Origin: Candidatus Saccharimonadota bacterium
GTDB taxonomy: Bacteria; Patescibacteriota; Saccharimonadia; Saccharimonadales; UBA10212
Assembly (NCBI GenBank): GCA_022841445.1
Contig: JALHRM010000002.1
Span: forward strand, 25,581-89,580
Direction of reading: 5' to 3'
DNA: 64,000 nucleotides
In this document: piece after piece, positions 9,904 through 19,408 of the stretch
Layout of the letters: every line of letters starts with the position of its first letter
Position numbering within the stretch: position 1 is the first letter of the stretch
The notes under the pieces: generated by a model
Databases searched by the model: none
What the model saw: the letters and a program-made list of their open reading frames with translations, nothing else
What the model was told of the DNA's origin: nothing
Made by a program: the position numbers and the translations under genes

Positions 9904-11112
9904 CTAAACCTCAAATCCTAACTTACTAAGCCGATATTTTACGTCGTGGTATGCATTTATAAAGTTTATGTATGCCTCGTACGGGGTTTCATATGGGCTG
10001 AAGTAGGCGTGTACGTCACCATCGCTAAACCATTTGGTACACATGTAGTAAAAATGGTCGGAAGTCTGAAGCTTTCTCCAGTCATCAATAAGCTGCAGAT
10101 CACCGCTCCGTAAAACTAAATCTTGCATGCCATAAAGTGCTGCGATGGCTTGCTGCTGCATAGGGTTACCCAGCCAAGCAGTCAAATCCCGCTCCGTATC
10201 AGCCCATGTAACTGTTTCAGGCATGTCAACTCGGTCGACTGGATCGTAAGTATCAACTGCTTCTGACACCGTCATAAACGTGTGTGATGGGTCGGCTAAC
10301 CATTCGTTTGGCAGATGTTCTAAAAATTCAAAAATGCCACTTTCTTCCCACTGGTGCTCTCCAAACGTTTCATAGTCCATAAACAAATTAAAGTTGGTAG
10401 CATCGCCGGTTTCGCTTAACCAATGGCTAAACTTATTGGCAGTAAGCGGCCACTCCGACCATTCTCGGTTAGTAAAGCGAAAAGCAATATCATCACTCAA
10501 TTTATAATTTTTAAGAAGCAGACGAATATTGTCCGTATAAGTTGGCATATAGACATAATTGGGGCTGCGCCAGTCAAGAGCTGCTTCCCAACCCTCCGCC
10601 AAAATGCCCTTGTAGCCCGCCTTGTCCGCCCAGTATGCCAAATCATTATTGTAGGCCAGTTCTGTGTTGCGAAAAACTGTAGGTCGTTGTCCAAAAAGCT
10701 GGTCTACTTTCCTCCGATGCATATCCACTTGGGCCTCAAACTCACTTTTGGAATAAAAGAACGCCAAGCTATGATGGTATGTTTCTCCAACAATTTCTAC
10801 ACGACCAGTATCGGTTAGTTGTTTAAAGCTCGCCAAGGCTTCAGGCGACCACTTTTCCAATTGTTCAAGGACAGTGCCGGTGATAGACATGCTTAGCTTG
10901 AACTTTGGATGGGTATGCAGTAACTCAAGTAATTTGCGATTTGTTGGTATGTACGACTTGGCAGCTACTTTATGCAGTATTTCCTGGTTATTGGTACGAT
11001 TGCCAGCACTGGCGTCAAAGTAGGCATGATCAATACCGGCGTCAAAAATAGAATACGGCTTGATACGGTATGGCTGATGTACGTGAAGATACAGAACAAT
11101 TGCTTTAGTCAT
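9904..11112 (-). CDS. Glycoside hydrolase family 57 (alpha-amylase-like)
   Basis: HVHQP, ETYHHSL, FRNTEL, MDYETFGEHQW, QTSDHFYYM. Confidence 0.93.
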   Translation of the reverse strand: MTKAIVLYLHVHQPYRIKPYSIFDAGIDHAYFDASAGNRTNNQEILHKVAAKSYIPTNRKLLELLHTHPKFKLSMSITGTVLEQLEKWSPEALASFKQLTDTGRVEIVGETYHHSLAFFYSKSEFEAQVDMHRRKVDQLFGQRPTVFRNTELAYNNDLAYWADKAGYKGILAEGWEAALDWRSPNYVYMPTYTDNIRLLLKNYKLSDDIAFRFTNREWSEWPLTANKFSHWLSETGDATNFNLFMDYETFGEHQWEESGIFEFLEHLPNEWLADPSHTFMTVSEAVDTYDPVDRVDMPETVTWADTERDLTAWLGNPMQQQAIAALYGMQDLVLRSGDLQLIDDWRKLQTSDHFYYMCTKWFSDGDVHAYFSPYETPYEAYINFINAYHDVKYRLSKLGFEV

Positions 11113-12314
11113 ACGGCAACTCCGGCCCGATGTCTGTGATAAACGCTCATTAACGAAGTTGCCGCATCATCCCATGACAATCGGCTGTATTCACGACGAG
11201 CGTTGCTCAGGAGCTCGGTAGCGAGTGCGGGATTATTAACGACGGCCGCTATCTGGTTTGCCATTCCGTCAATATCCCAATAATTAACTTTTAAGCAGTT
11301 ACTAAGTACCTCAGCAACGCCTGATTGCCGACTTATCAGTGCTGGTGTTCCATAGCCAACGGCTTCTAGCGGCGTGAGACCAAATGGTTCAGAAATAGAT
11401 GGCATGACAAATAAATCAGCAATAGCATACGCGTCTCGCCAGTTTTTACCACGTTGGAAACCAGTCAGTACGACTTTGTCGGCAATGCCAAGAGCAGCTG
11501 ATTCTTCGATGAGTTCATGATATTGTTCGCCGCCGCCTACAATCAGAAACATCGTTTTAGGAGCTTTCTGGCTGACCAGCTGTGCCGCGCGCAAAAAATT
11601 CATCAATCCTTTTTGGATTGTTAGCCGACTAATGGTGGCTACAACTTTCCAATCTCGGGCTTTCATTTCTGTCAGGTAATGGTAGGCGTTGTGATCATCC
11701 AGAGGTGCAACATCTTCTGTATCGATACTGTTGTGAATGACACTGATTTTGTGCGCCGGGATATGGTAGTCGGCGATAATCATTTTCTTGGTGTGTTCGC
11801 TAACAGCGATGATGCGGTCGGCGACTAGCAGCGCCATGTATTCAATTTCTCGCACGACTGGATTGCCATAATGGCCACCAGCCCGATCTCGTTCAATAGA
11901 ATGCACATGCGCAATAAATGGTTTACCGGTCTGCTCTTTGAGTCGAAGCGCTGCCCGAAACGTAAGCCAGTCATGGGCATGAATAACATCAAACTGAGAG
12001 ACGCTAGCTAAATTCGCGACAGCATGCTCGTAGCCGTGCTGTTGACCGTGTATGTCCAGCCACTCTATGCGACCATCCTTATAAACATATTTATAACTGT
12101 CGTACGCAATGCCGGCTTTGTGCACCTGTTCAACATGTAGTGGTAGGGCGTGTGTGACTTTCATGAAGGGATACTGCTCGTTAGTAGAATAGGGCAAAAT
12201 AAATTCAATATCTGCTCCACGACTCGCCAGGGCTTTGCATAACTGATAACAAGCCACTCCAAGCCCACCGCTGTTATTTGGCGGAAGCTCCCATCCAAGC
12301 ATAAGGATTTTCAT
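11109..12314 (-). CDS. GT4 glycosyltransferase (glycogen/alpha-glucan synthase-like)
   Basis: WELPP..SGGLG, HAHDW, MPSISEPFGLTPLEA. Confidence 0.9.
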   Translation of the reverse strand: MKILMLGWELPPNNSGGLGVACYQLCKALASRGADIEFILPYSTNEQYPFMKVTHALPLHVEQVHKAGIAYDSYKYVYKDGRIEWLDIHGQQHGYEHAVANLASVSQFDVIHAHDWLTFRAALRLKEQTGKPFIAHVHSIERDRAGGHYGNPVVREIEYMALLVADRIIAVSEHTKKMIIADYHIPAHKISVIHNSIDTEDVAPLDDHNAYHYLTEMKARDWKVVATISRLTIQKGLMNFLRAAQLVSQKAPKTMFLIVGGGEQYHELIEESAALGIADKVVLTGFQRGKNWRDAYAIADLFVMPSISEPFGLTPLEAVGYGTPALISRQSGVAEVLSNCLKVNYWDIDGMANQIAAVVNNPALATELLSNARREYSRLSWDDAATSLMSVYHRHRAGVAV

Positions 12315-12499
12315 CTATGTATTGTTGCCCTTTACCCCTTATACACGTCTTATCTAAGAGTATAGTAACTTTACACTATAAGCACAACCGTAACTCAACC
12401 ATTTTTAATCAGTTATTTCAACATCGCTGATATTTCTACGAGGGCTGACAAAGCAGGACAGATTATATAGAATGATGAGGCACTTTGTTACACAACTAT

Positions 12500-12574
12500 A
12501 GGGGCATAGTACAACGGCTAGTATAAAGGTCTCCAAAACCTTAGATCGTGGTTCGATTCCACGTGCCCCTGCCA
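12500..12574 (+). tRNA. tRNA-Trp(CCA)
   Basis: AGGGGCA/TGCCCCT acceptor, AAGGT-CT CCA AA-ACCTT, GGTTCGATTCC, CCA. Confidence 0.96.
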
Positions 12575-12700
12575 ATATACGACCAGGCATATCCTAAATT
12601 ATGTAAGAATTCGTTTTTAGTTATAGTTCCTACATAAGTTAGCTATATTTCATAATGTGTACTATAATTAGTACACTAATCTAGTTAGAGGAACATACTA

Positions 12701-13345
12701 GTGGGACAACCTGAAGTTCAGCAAGGCGGTTATTTGCGGGCAGCTTATTTTGACCGCGATATAAGCGTAGGTGAGGTAGACATATTTAGAACGGCCATCG
12801 GTGTACATGCCTTAAAAATGGCTATTTCAAGGGGTTTTAACGGATTAGTTGGGCACAAAGGCGGAATCCAAAAATTAATTCGCGAAGGTTTTGCGCACAG
12901 CGAAGATGGCCGAACCAGAAATGGCGAAGAAGGTTTTGCGGTAGAGGTAATTGTGCCGCCACCCGAAGCTGTACTATTCATGGATGGTGAGCACCTTTCA
13001 AGATTTACACATGTTTGGGGTCACAGAGTTTTAACTGCTGCGCAAGTCGATGTATTCACCGATCTTGCGAGAGGCGATAACCACCCTGGGACGGCAATCA
13101 TGTATTTTCCTCATGGAAGAGCTGAATGTATAGACGGTCCATCATCAGGCGACCCTCTCATTTTAGAAATACAGCCTCAAGCTAGAGACTTTAGAGATCG
13201 TAGTCCAATAATTGCAATTCCGCTGAGCCTGGTATGCCGCTTAGAAAGCGATCAGGGTAAAACCCTGTATGTTCCAAATCACTGGAGCTTAAGGGATGCT
13301 CCTCGGCCAGGGCAGTTAGTTGACCCAGTGGCTGCAGTTTCATAA
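12701..13345 (+). CDS. Hypothetical protein
   Basis: 214-aa ORF with GAGGA SD and GTG start; no recognised motif. Confidence 0.65.
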   Translation: MGQPEVQQGGYLRAAYFDRDISVGEVDIFRTAIGVHALKMAISRGFNGLVGHKGGIQKLIREGFAHSEDGRTRNGEEGFAVEVIVPPPEAVLFMDGEHLSRFTHVWGHRVLTAAQVDVFTDLARGDNHPGTAIMYFPHGRAECIDGPSSGDPLILEIQPQARDFRDRSPIIAIPLSLVCRLESDQGKTLYVPNHWSLRDAPRPGQLVDPVAAVS

Positions 13346-13440
13346 AAAGTAAAGCAGAAGCACTTAAAGCCTTAAACTCTTGCAATAAAGTAGGCGAGTA
13401 GCTAGCGAACTGCGCCGTTACGTTGTACAATATGGTATAA

Positions 13441-14106
13441 ATGAATCAGGCTAAAGTAAGTTTACAAAAACCACTGCTAGTGAGTATGTATGGGTTTCCA
13501 GGGGCGGGTAAAAGTTTTACTGGTCGGCAACTGGCCGACGAACTTAGTATGGCTTACGTCAGTGCCGATCGCATTCGAGCTGAGCTTTTTGAACAACCTC
13601 GTTTTGATAAACAAGAAAATAGTATCATCTCGCATCTTATGAATTACATGTGTGAAGAATTCATTCATGCCGGTGTCAGCGTAGTATTTGATACCAATGC
13701 TGCCCGTATCAATCAAAGGTTTCATTTGCGCGAATTGGCAAGAAAAGCAAAAGCCGAATATCTGCTTATTTGGCTCCAGATTGATCCGGACAGTGCCTTT
13801 AATCGTACCCAAAAGCGAGATCGTCGCACCCTTGATGACAAATATGCCTACCCGCATGATGCCGAGTCGTTCCAGCAAGTGCTAAACAGTATGCAAAACC
13901 CGCGTGACGAAGAGTACCTGGTAGTAAGTGCGAAGCACACCTTCGCCACTCAAAAAGGTACCGTCATGAATCGACTATATCAGCTTGGAATCGTGTCTTC
14001 GCAGCAGGTGCAGGAGCGTGTCGCAAAACCAGGACTGGTGAATTTGATTCCCAATATGCAATCAGGACGAGTTGATCTCGATCGTCGCAACATCTCAATT
14101 CGCTAA
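13441..14106 (+). CDS. P-loop kinase (AAA_33-like)
   Basis: GFPGAGKS Walker A; VVFDTN; lid R..KR. Confidence 0.85.
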   Translation: MNQAKVSLQKPLLVSMYGFPGAGKSFTGRQLADELSMAYVSADRIRAELFEQPRFDKQENSIISHLMNYMCEEFIHAGVSVVFDTNAARINQRFHLRELARKAKAEYLLIWLQIDPDSAFNRTQKRDRRTLDDKYAYPHDAESFQQVLNSMQNPRDEEYLVVSAKHTFATQKGTVMNRLYQLGIVSSQQVQERVAKPGLVNLIPNMQSGRVDLDRRNISIR

Positions 14107-14819
14107 TGCCCTATAAGGAACAAGCCGTGAATGGGGTGGGTGTGGTGCGCGTCACAAAACGCCGCCGGGTAAAACATCTAAAGGTCCGCCTTGATCCTCG
14201 TGGTGATATACACGTCACCATACCGTACTGGCTGCCTTATGCAAGTGGTTTTCAATTCGCGTGGAGCAAGCGAGACTGGATAGCGAAATCTCGAACCAAG
14301 CACATTGCGCCCAGCTACTATGCTGCTGGAACACGTATCGGTAAAGCACATGTATTAGAAGCAACTGACTCACCAAAAATACGAGTAGGTAGACAGGTCA
14401 TCAGTGTTCCGGCAAATCATTTACCAACTGATAGTCCCAGCATTTCGCTGCAGCGTGCTGGAGAAAGAGCGCTCAAACGTCAGGCTGAGGCGTTGCTACC
14501 CAAGCGACTTGAAGCCTTAGCTATGGACAACAACTTCAAATACAAAGACGTTAGCGTCAAAAAAATGACTTCGCGCTGGGGCAGTTGCTCAAGTGAAAAC
14601 GACATCGCACTTAGTATTTTTCTCATACAACTTCCATGGGATTTGATTGATTACGTGCTACTGCACGAATTAGCCCATACCGTACAACACAACCATAGTC
14701 CGCAGTTCTGGCAGCTAGTTGAAAATCATATGCCAGATTATAAAACCAGACGACGCGCCTTAAAACAAAATCGCCCCACGTTGATTCCTATAAATGAGCC
14801 GAGCATGGTCAACATATAA
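14106..14819 (+). CDS. YgjP/DUF45 SprT-like zinc-dependent hydrolase
   Basis: SRWGSCS, DYVLLHELAH...NHSPQFW. Confidence 0.9.
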   Translation: MPYKEQAVNGVGVVRVTKRRRVKHLKVRLDPRGDIHVTIPYWLPYASGFQFAWSKRDWIAKSRTKHIAPSYYAAGTRIGKAHVLEATDSPKIRVGRQVISVPANHLPTDSPSISLQRAGERALKRQAEALLPKRLEALAMDNNFKYKDVSVKKMTSRWGSCSSENDIALSIFLIQLPWDLIDYVLLHELAHTVQHNHSPQFWQLVENHMPDYKTRRRALKQNRPTLIPINEPSMVNI

Positions 14820-14853
14820 GCGTATCAGTTGCATGCTGTGGCATAATACGGTT

Positions 14854-15957
14854 ATGCCTGTTTCAAAAACAAAACTTGCCACAAGTGAACTGCTTGATCA
14901 TGAACGCCTCAATGCCCTGGTTAACAGCATGGCTGATGGTGTTATCGCCATTGACGAAGCAGGTATGATCGTTCTAAGCAATGGTGCTGCACTAAATATC
15001 CTGGACACTAACGGGACGCTTCGGGGCAAGAAACTTGAGTCAGTTCTGCATTTGGTTGATAAAAACGGACAAAAAATTTCTCTTACCGAACAAATACAGT
15101 CAACTCGTACGTCGCTTAGCAGTCGCGATTGGTTGATACGCTACGATGACGAAAGTACCGCTAACCTATATGTCAGTGCAGCAGTCGTGCATCTTGGCTA
15201 TGGCAAATCCGGTCAGCGCGGTTATGTTATTTTGCTAAGAGACATCACCCGTGAAAAGTCTCTTGAAGAAGAACGTGATGAATTTATCAGCGTTGTTAGT
15301 CATGAGCTACGCACCCCTATAGCAATCGCTGAAGGAAACGTCAGTAATGCGATATTACTTGCCCAAAAAGCAGGAATAGCTGGTTCAATCACTGACACCC
15401 TGCAAGCCACATACGACCAAATTGTTTTCTTAAGTCATATGATTAATGATCTTTCTACGCTATCCCGGGCCGAACAGGGTACCCTTGCACTCGAAATTGA
15501 ACCTATCAACGCCCATGATCTGGTTATGGACCTGGTACGCGACTACACGCCACAAGCCGAAGAAAAAGGACTACATTTAACACATAAGGTTGATCCTCGC
15601 TTACATATACTACGCAGTGGGCGGCTCTATGTACGTGAAATTCTGCAGAACTTTATAACCAACGCCATAAAATATACCGAAAAGGGCAGGGTGACAATTA
15701 CGGCTGCGCCGTACAAAGAAGGAGTTCAATTTTCTATTCACGATACGGGGATAGGCATTAGTAAATCCGATCAAGAGCGGGTTTTTGACAAGTTTTTCCG
15801 GAGCGAAGATTGGCGCACACGGCAAAATAGTGGCACCGGACTTGGGCTCTATGTCACCATGAAACTCACCCGTCTTATACACGCCGAAATATCACTTAAA
15901 AGTGCCATCAATAAGGGATCAACCTTTACCATCAAAATGCCGAATCTAGACACCTAA
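14854..15957 (+). CDS. Cytoplasmic PAS-domain sensor histidine kinase
   Basis: PAS (SMADGVIAID), H-box SHELRTP, N-box NAIKY, DTGIGI, GTGLGL. Confidence 0.93.
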   Translation: MPVSKTKLATSELLDHERLNALVNSMADGVIAIDEAGMIVLSNGAALNILDTNGTLRGKKLESVLHLVDKNGQKISLTEQIQSTRTSLSSRDWLIRYDDESTANLYVSAAVVHLGYGKSGQRGYVILLRDITREKSLEEERDEFISVVSHELRTPIAIAEGNVSNAILLAQKAGIAGSITDTLQATYDQIVFLSHMINDLSTLSRAEQGTLALEIEPINAHDLVMDLVRDYTPQAEEKGLHLTHKVDPRLHILRSGRLYVREILQNFITNAIKYTEKGRVTITAAPYKEGVQFSIHDTGIGISKSDQERVFDKFFRSEDWRTRQNSGTGLGLYVTMKLTRLIHAEISLKSAINKGSTFTIKMPNLDT

Positions 15958-15961
15958 ACTT

Positions 15962-17470
15962 CTAGAACCGCGGTAGCTTGGGTATTGTTTGCAATACGGG
16001 TTCGTTTATTGGTCTGCCTTTCCAGCTGATACTCCCTAGTTCATATCGGTAGAATGACAGGTGGATTATGACAATTTCGGTAAGAAGCGCAGTCGGCATG
16101 ATAAATGGCGACAACCAAACATGTTTTCTATCATATTGCCACATGAGTAACGCTTGGCAGATAGAAAGCAGTGTCACGCCAATTACTGAAGCAATTATGA
16201 GCGCGATGCTACTACCAATAATTCCTAGCATTAGCCCAACATATTGAAGCACCAACAGCAGTAATAGCAAGCTCACGCCAAACATGGTTATCATATTCTG
16301 CTCTAGCTGTGGGTAGCGGCTTCGTAGCGCTGTAGTAATTTGATCAGGTGTGTTTTTGATAGAAGCTACACCTAGTGTTGCATCGTTAATAAGAAAACTG
16401 TATCTATCGCCATTTTTACCAGTGCTTACCTGACGCGCTAAATGTACTTCTGGAATTACGGCCTGCGCGATGCCCTTCATACCGCCCAACTCCATAAGCG
16501 TCTCGTGACGAATTGCCCAACAGGTACTTAGAACTGGCGGATGTTTATGCGCCCACGAGGGTAGCGCAAATTCCCATAAATACCTAAGTGGCTGCACGAA
16601 TATACCTAATCCTGGCTGATGCTCGCGTTTTGGAAGAACACTGACCATATCGTAACTACCGCCCATACGCTTAACAAGTTCTTCAACCATAGTTGGCTCA
16701 ATTCGTACATCTACACCGACAAACATCAGTATCGAACCACTAGCCTCTGATGCTAGTCGCTCGTAGGCGTGATTTTTTGCTAACCACCGCCTTGGAACAT
16801 TCTTACCGGCAATGAACCTCACACCGCTGTGCGCAAATTGCTTAATAATCTCAGGAGTGTCATCTTGTGAATTATCATCAAGTACGATGATTTCCAATTT
16901 TTTATAAGTAGTCGCGAGAACACTATCCAAGCAGGCTATTACTTTTGTCGATTCGTTTCGTGCAGCTATCAAAACACTGACGGTCGGCGCTTCTAAATCA
17001 GTGCTGACGCCATTTGATTTTCGTTCCGCCTTAAATACACTTAGCGTTGTTATAAACATTACTAGCGCTATGGCAGCACCCACGCCCACCAATATATCAA
17101 ACACACCAATATATACATCAGTATCTAGCATTAAATATGCCCAGTAACCGACCGCAATCAACAATTGACCGATAAGCATAATTGTGCTTACTCTTGATAC
17201 TATTCTTCTAAGCACAGGACGAGGTATTTTTGGGTGTAACAACCGAAGCGAATTAATAAATCGATATGCGCTCGCTGCCGCAAGCAAAAACATAATAATT
17301 GTTGGTACTAGCACCAGCACAACCCCGAACGCGAACATAGTACAAATAGCTGACAGTCCTATAAGCAAACTGCGATTTCTATAATTCTGAGCCCAGAAAC
17401 TTATAAATTCAGCGGCCGTCCCTGCTAGCAGTAGCAGCCCCACTATCAGCCATAGATTAGTTTCGATCAT
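15962..17470 (-). CDS. Membrane GT2 glycosyltransferase
   Basis: VSVLIAARNE, LDDNSQD, WLAKNHA; N- and C-terminal TM helices. Confidence 0.85.
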   Translation of the reverse strand: MIETNLWLIVGLLLLAGTAAEFISFWAQNYRNRSLLIGLSAICTMFAFGVVLVLVPTIIMFLLAAASAYRFINSLRLLHPKIPRPVLRRIVSRVSTIMLIGQLLIAVGYWAYLMLDTDVYIGVFDILVGVGAAIALVMFITTLSVFKAERKSNGVSTDLEAPTVSVLIAARNESTKVIACLDSVLATTYKKLEIIVLDDNSQDDTPEIIKQFAHSGVRFIAGKNVPRRWLAKNHAYERLASEASGSILMFVGVDVRIEPTMVEELVKRMGGSYDMVSVLPKREHQPGLGIFVQPLRYLWEFALPSWAHKHPPVLSTCWAIRHETLMELGGMKGIAQAVIPEVHLARQVSTGKNGDRYSFLINDATLGVASIKNTPDQITTALRSRYPQLEQNMITMFGVSLLLLLLVLQYVGLMLGIIGSSIALIIASVIGVTLLSICQALLMWQYDRKHVWLSPFIMPTALLTEIVIIHLSFYRYELGSISWKGRPINEPVLQTIPKLPRF

Positions 17471-17512
17471 AGTATAGTTACGAATATACCACGATAGAAT
17501 TAGTTAAGTTAG

Positions 17513-17541
17513 TTGCATTAATGTGCCTTAGCTTGTACTAT
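17513..17541 (+). promoter_or_regulatory. Sigma70-type promoter for secE-nusG
   Basis: TTGCAT-17 nt-TACTAT. Confidence 0.6.
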
Positions 17542-17552
17542 TGACATGTACG

Positions 17553-17580
17553 GCCTACTAACTCATATGTAGGCTTTTTT
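17553..17580 (+). terminator. Terminator-like hairpin in the secE leader
   Basis: GCCTAC-10 nt-GTAGGC followed by TTTTTT. Confidence 0.45.
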
Positions 17581-17598
17581 ATTTGAGGAAACAACTAC

Positions 17599-18012
17599 AT
17601 GGCAGAGGAATCAAACGAGTCAAAGAAACGTCGTGTGCGAAAAGCACCAACAAAGCGTGAGCAGTCCGAACAGATACGTGCAAAAGCCGACACACCAAAA
17701 CGTATACGCAGTGCTACCGGTAAGCTAAGTAAGCCAGCAGACGCCACAAAGCGCACACTTAAGAAAGAGTACTACCTACCGCTACCGGACAATAAAGTAG
17801 GCCGCTTCTTTAATAAGCGTCGCAGCTTTATACCTAGTTATTTTCGTAAGTCTTTTGCAGAGCTTAAGCTTGTAACCTGGCCGAATCGACGCGACACCTG
17901 GCGCCTAACATTTGCCGTCTTTGTTTTCGCCATTTTAATCGGTTGCACAGTTGCAGCAGTCGACAAAGGGCTTGAAGAGTTATTCAAAAACATAATCCTG
18001 GATTTAAAGTAG
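17599..18012 (+). CDS. secE: Preprotein translocase subunit SecE (N-terminally extended)
   Basis: ELKLVTWP..RDT motif plus TM helix; directly upstream of nusG. Confidence 0.92.
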   Translation: MAEESNESKKRRVRKAPTKREQSEQIRAKADTPKRIRSATGKLSKPADATKRTLKKEYYLPLPDNKVGRFFNKRRSFIPSYFRKSFAELKLVTWPNRRDTWRLTFAVFVFAILIGCTVAAVDKGLEELFKNIILDLK

Positions 18013-18034
18013 GAGTAAGCAGACTTAATTTATT

Positions 18035-18580
18035 ATGGGAAACAAACGATACGATTCAACAAAACAGTGGTATGCCATACACACCTATAGCGGTTACGAA
18101 GAAAAGGTAGCTGAATCAATCCGTCAGCGGGCAGAGTCACTTGATATGAACGACAAAATTTTTCAAGTATTGGTTCCAAAAGAAAAAATGATAGAAATTA
18201 AAAATGGTAAGCGAAAAGTAGTAGAGAAACGGATTTTCCAAGGCTATGTACTAGTTGAAATGAAACTGAGCGAAGATGCCTGGTATATTGTCCGAAACAC
18301 CCCCAATGTCACCGGCTTTGTGGGCACAGGTAGCGAGCCAACACCGGTAGAGCAAGAAGAAATGGAAAAAATCATGAAGCGTATGGGTCGATCCGAGCCC
18401 AAGCACAAGATTGATTATCGTGTCGGCGAAGTTGTCAGTATTACTGACGGTCCATTCAAAGGTTTTGACGGCGCCATTAACGAAGTTGATGATCAAAAAG
18501 GGAAGATTAAAGTCCTTGTTAATATGTTCGGACGTGAAACACCCGTCGAACTCGACAGCCTCCAAGTTAAACGGGTCTAG
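18035..18580 (+). CDS. nusG: Transcription termination/antitermination factor NusG
   Basis: WYAIHTYSGYE, RNTPNVTGFVG, KOW GPFKGF, MFGRETPVEL. Confidence 0.98.
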   Translation: MGNKRYDSTKQWYAIHTYSGYEEKVAESIRQRAESLDMNDKIFQVLVPKEKMIEIKNGKRKVVEKRIFQGYVLVEMKLSEDAWYIVRNTPNVTGFVGTGSEPTPVEQEEMEKIMKRMGRSEPKHKIDYRVGEVVSITDGPFKGFDGAINEVDDQKGKIKVLVNMFGRETPVELDSLQVKRV

Positions 18581-18588
18581 AGCTGTTC

Positions 18589-18843
18589 ATGAATCTTGGC
18601 GTTCCCCGAGACCCGTCGTTAAGACAGCTGCGTTCTTTTGCACTTGTCAGTACTTCGCCAGATATACCTTTTCCTGGAGGTTTCGTTGTTGATTACGAGT
18701 TACCCGGCGGAAACGTTATTATTAAACGTTACTCTGTTGGGCCACCTACTGAAGCATTAGCACGCGGACTCATGGTAGGACGAGCGCTTGTCGAACAATT
18801 ACGTCTTCAAGAGGACGACGACACATCTTTACTACAGGGGTAA
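18589..18843 (+). CDS. Hypothetical protein
   Basis: 84-aa ORF filling the nusG-rplK gap; no SD or motif seen. Confidence 0.4.
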   Translation: MNLGVPRDPSLRQLRSFALVSTSPDIPFPGGFVVDYELPGGNVIIKRYSVGPPTEALARGLMVGRALVEQLRLQEDDDTSLLQG

Positions 18844-18856
18844 ATAGTAGTACAAT
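18828..18856 (+). promoter_or_regulatory. Sigma70-type promoter for rplK-rplA
   Basis: TTTACT-17 nt-TACAAT. Confidence 0.55.
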
Positions 18857-18910
18857 AGTTAAGTTACGCACCAAGCGGAGTGCTTCATCCGCAGTTAAAT
18901 AAGGATTCTT

Positions 18911-19342
18911 ATGGCAACCAAAGCAGTCAATGCTAATTTAAAAATGCGGATTAAGGGCGGTCAAGCAAGCGCAGCACCGCCAGTTGGTAGTTCACTCGGC
19001 CAGTATGGTGTCAACATGATGGACTTTATCAATCCGTTTAATGAACAAACCAAAGACCGTATGGGTCAGGATTTAACTGTTCATATTACAATTTTCGAAG
19101 ACCGCACCATGGAGTGGCGAATTGTAGGTACCGCTACTGACGACCTCATCAAAAAAGCCCTCGGTGTGCCGAAAGGTTCCGGTAAACCAAATAGCGAAAA
19201 ACTTTCTAAGAAGTTAACACAAGCTCAGCTTACCGAAATTGCTGAAACCAAAGCCGTTGACATGAACGCCGACGACATAGAATCTGTAAAAAAGATGGTT
19301 GCAGGCACTGCCCGCAGTATGGGCATCGAGGTCGAGAACTAA
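18911..19342 (+). CDS. rplK: 50S ribosomal protein L11
   Basis: GGQASAAPPVGSSLGQYGVN, GTARSMGI. Confidence 0.97.
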   Translation: MATKAVNANLKMRIKGGQASAAPPVGSSLGQYGVNMMDFINPFNEQTKDRMGQDLTVHITIFEDRTMEWRIVGTATDDLIKKALGVPKGSGKPNSEKLSKKLTQAQLTEIAETKAVDMNADDIESVKKMVAGTARSMGIEVEN

Positions 19343-19364
19343 ACTTAAGAGCACCTAAATGTAA

Positions 19365-19394
19365 GTGGGAGAGTGAGCAACTCGTCAGCACCAC
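19365..19394 (+). promoter_or_regulatory. Putative ribosomal protein L1 autoregulatory leader
   Basis: GTGGGAG...hairpin...ACCAC directly before the rplA SD (AAGGAG), the typical L1-binding motif layout. Confidence 0.6.
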
Positions 19395-19408
19395 GAAGGA
19401 GAACAACT

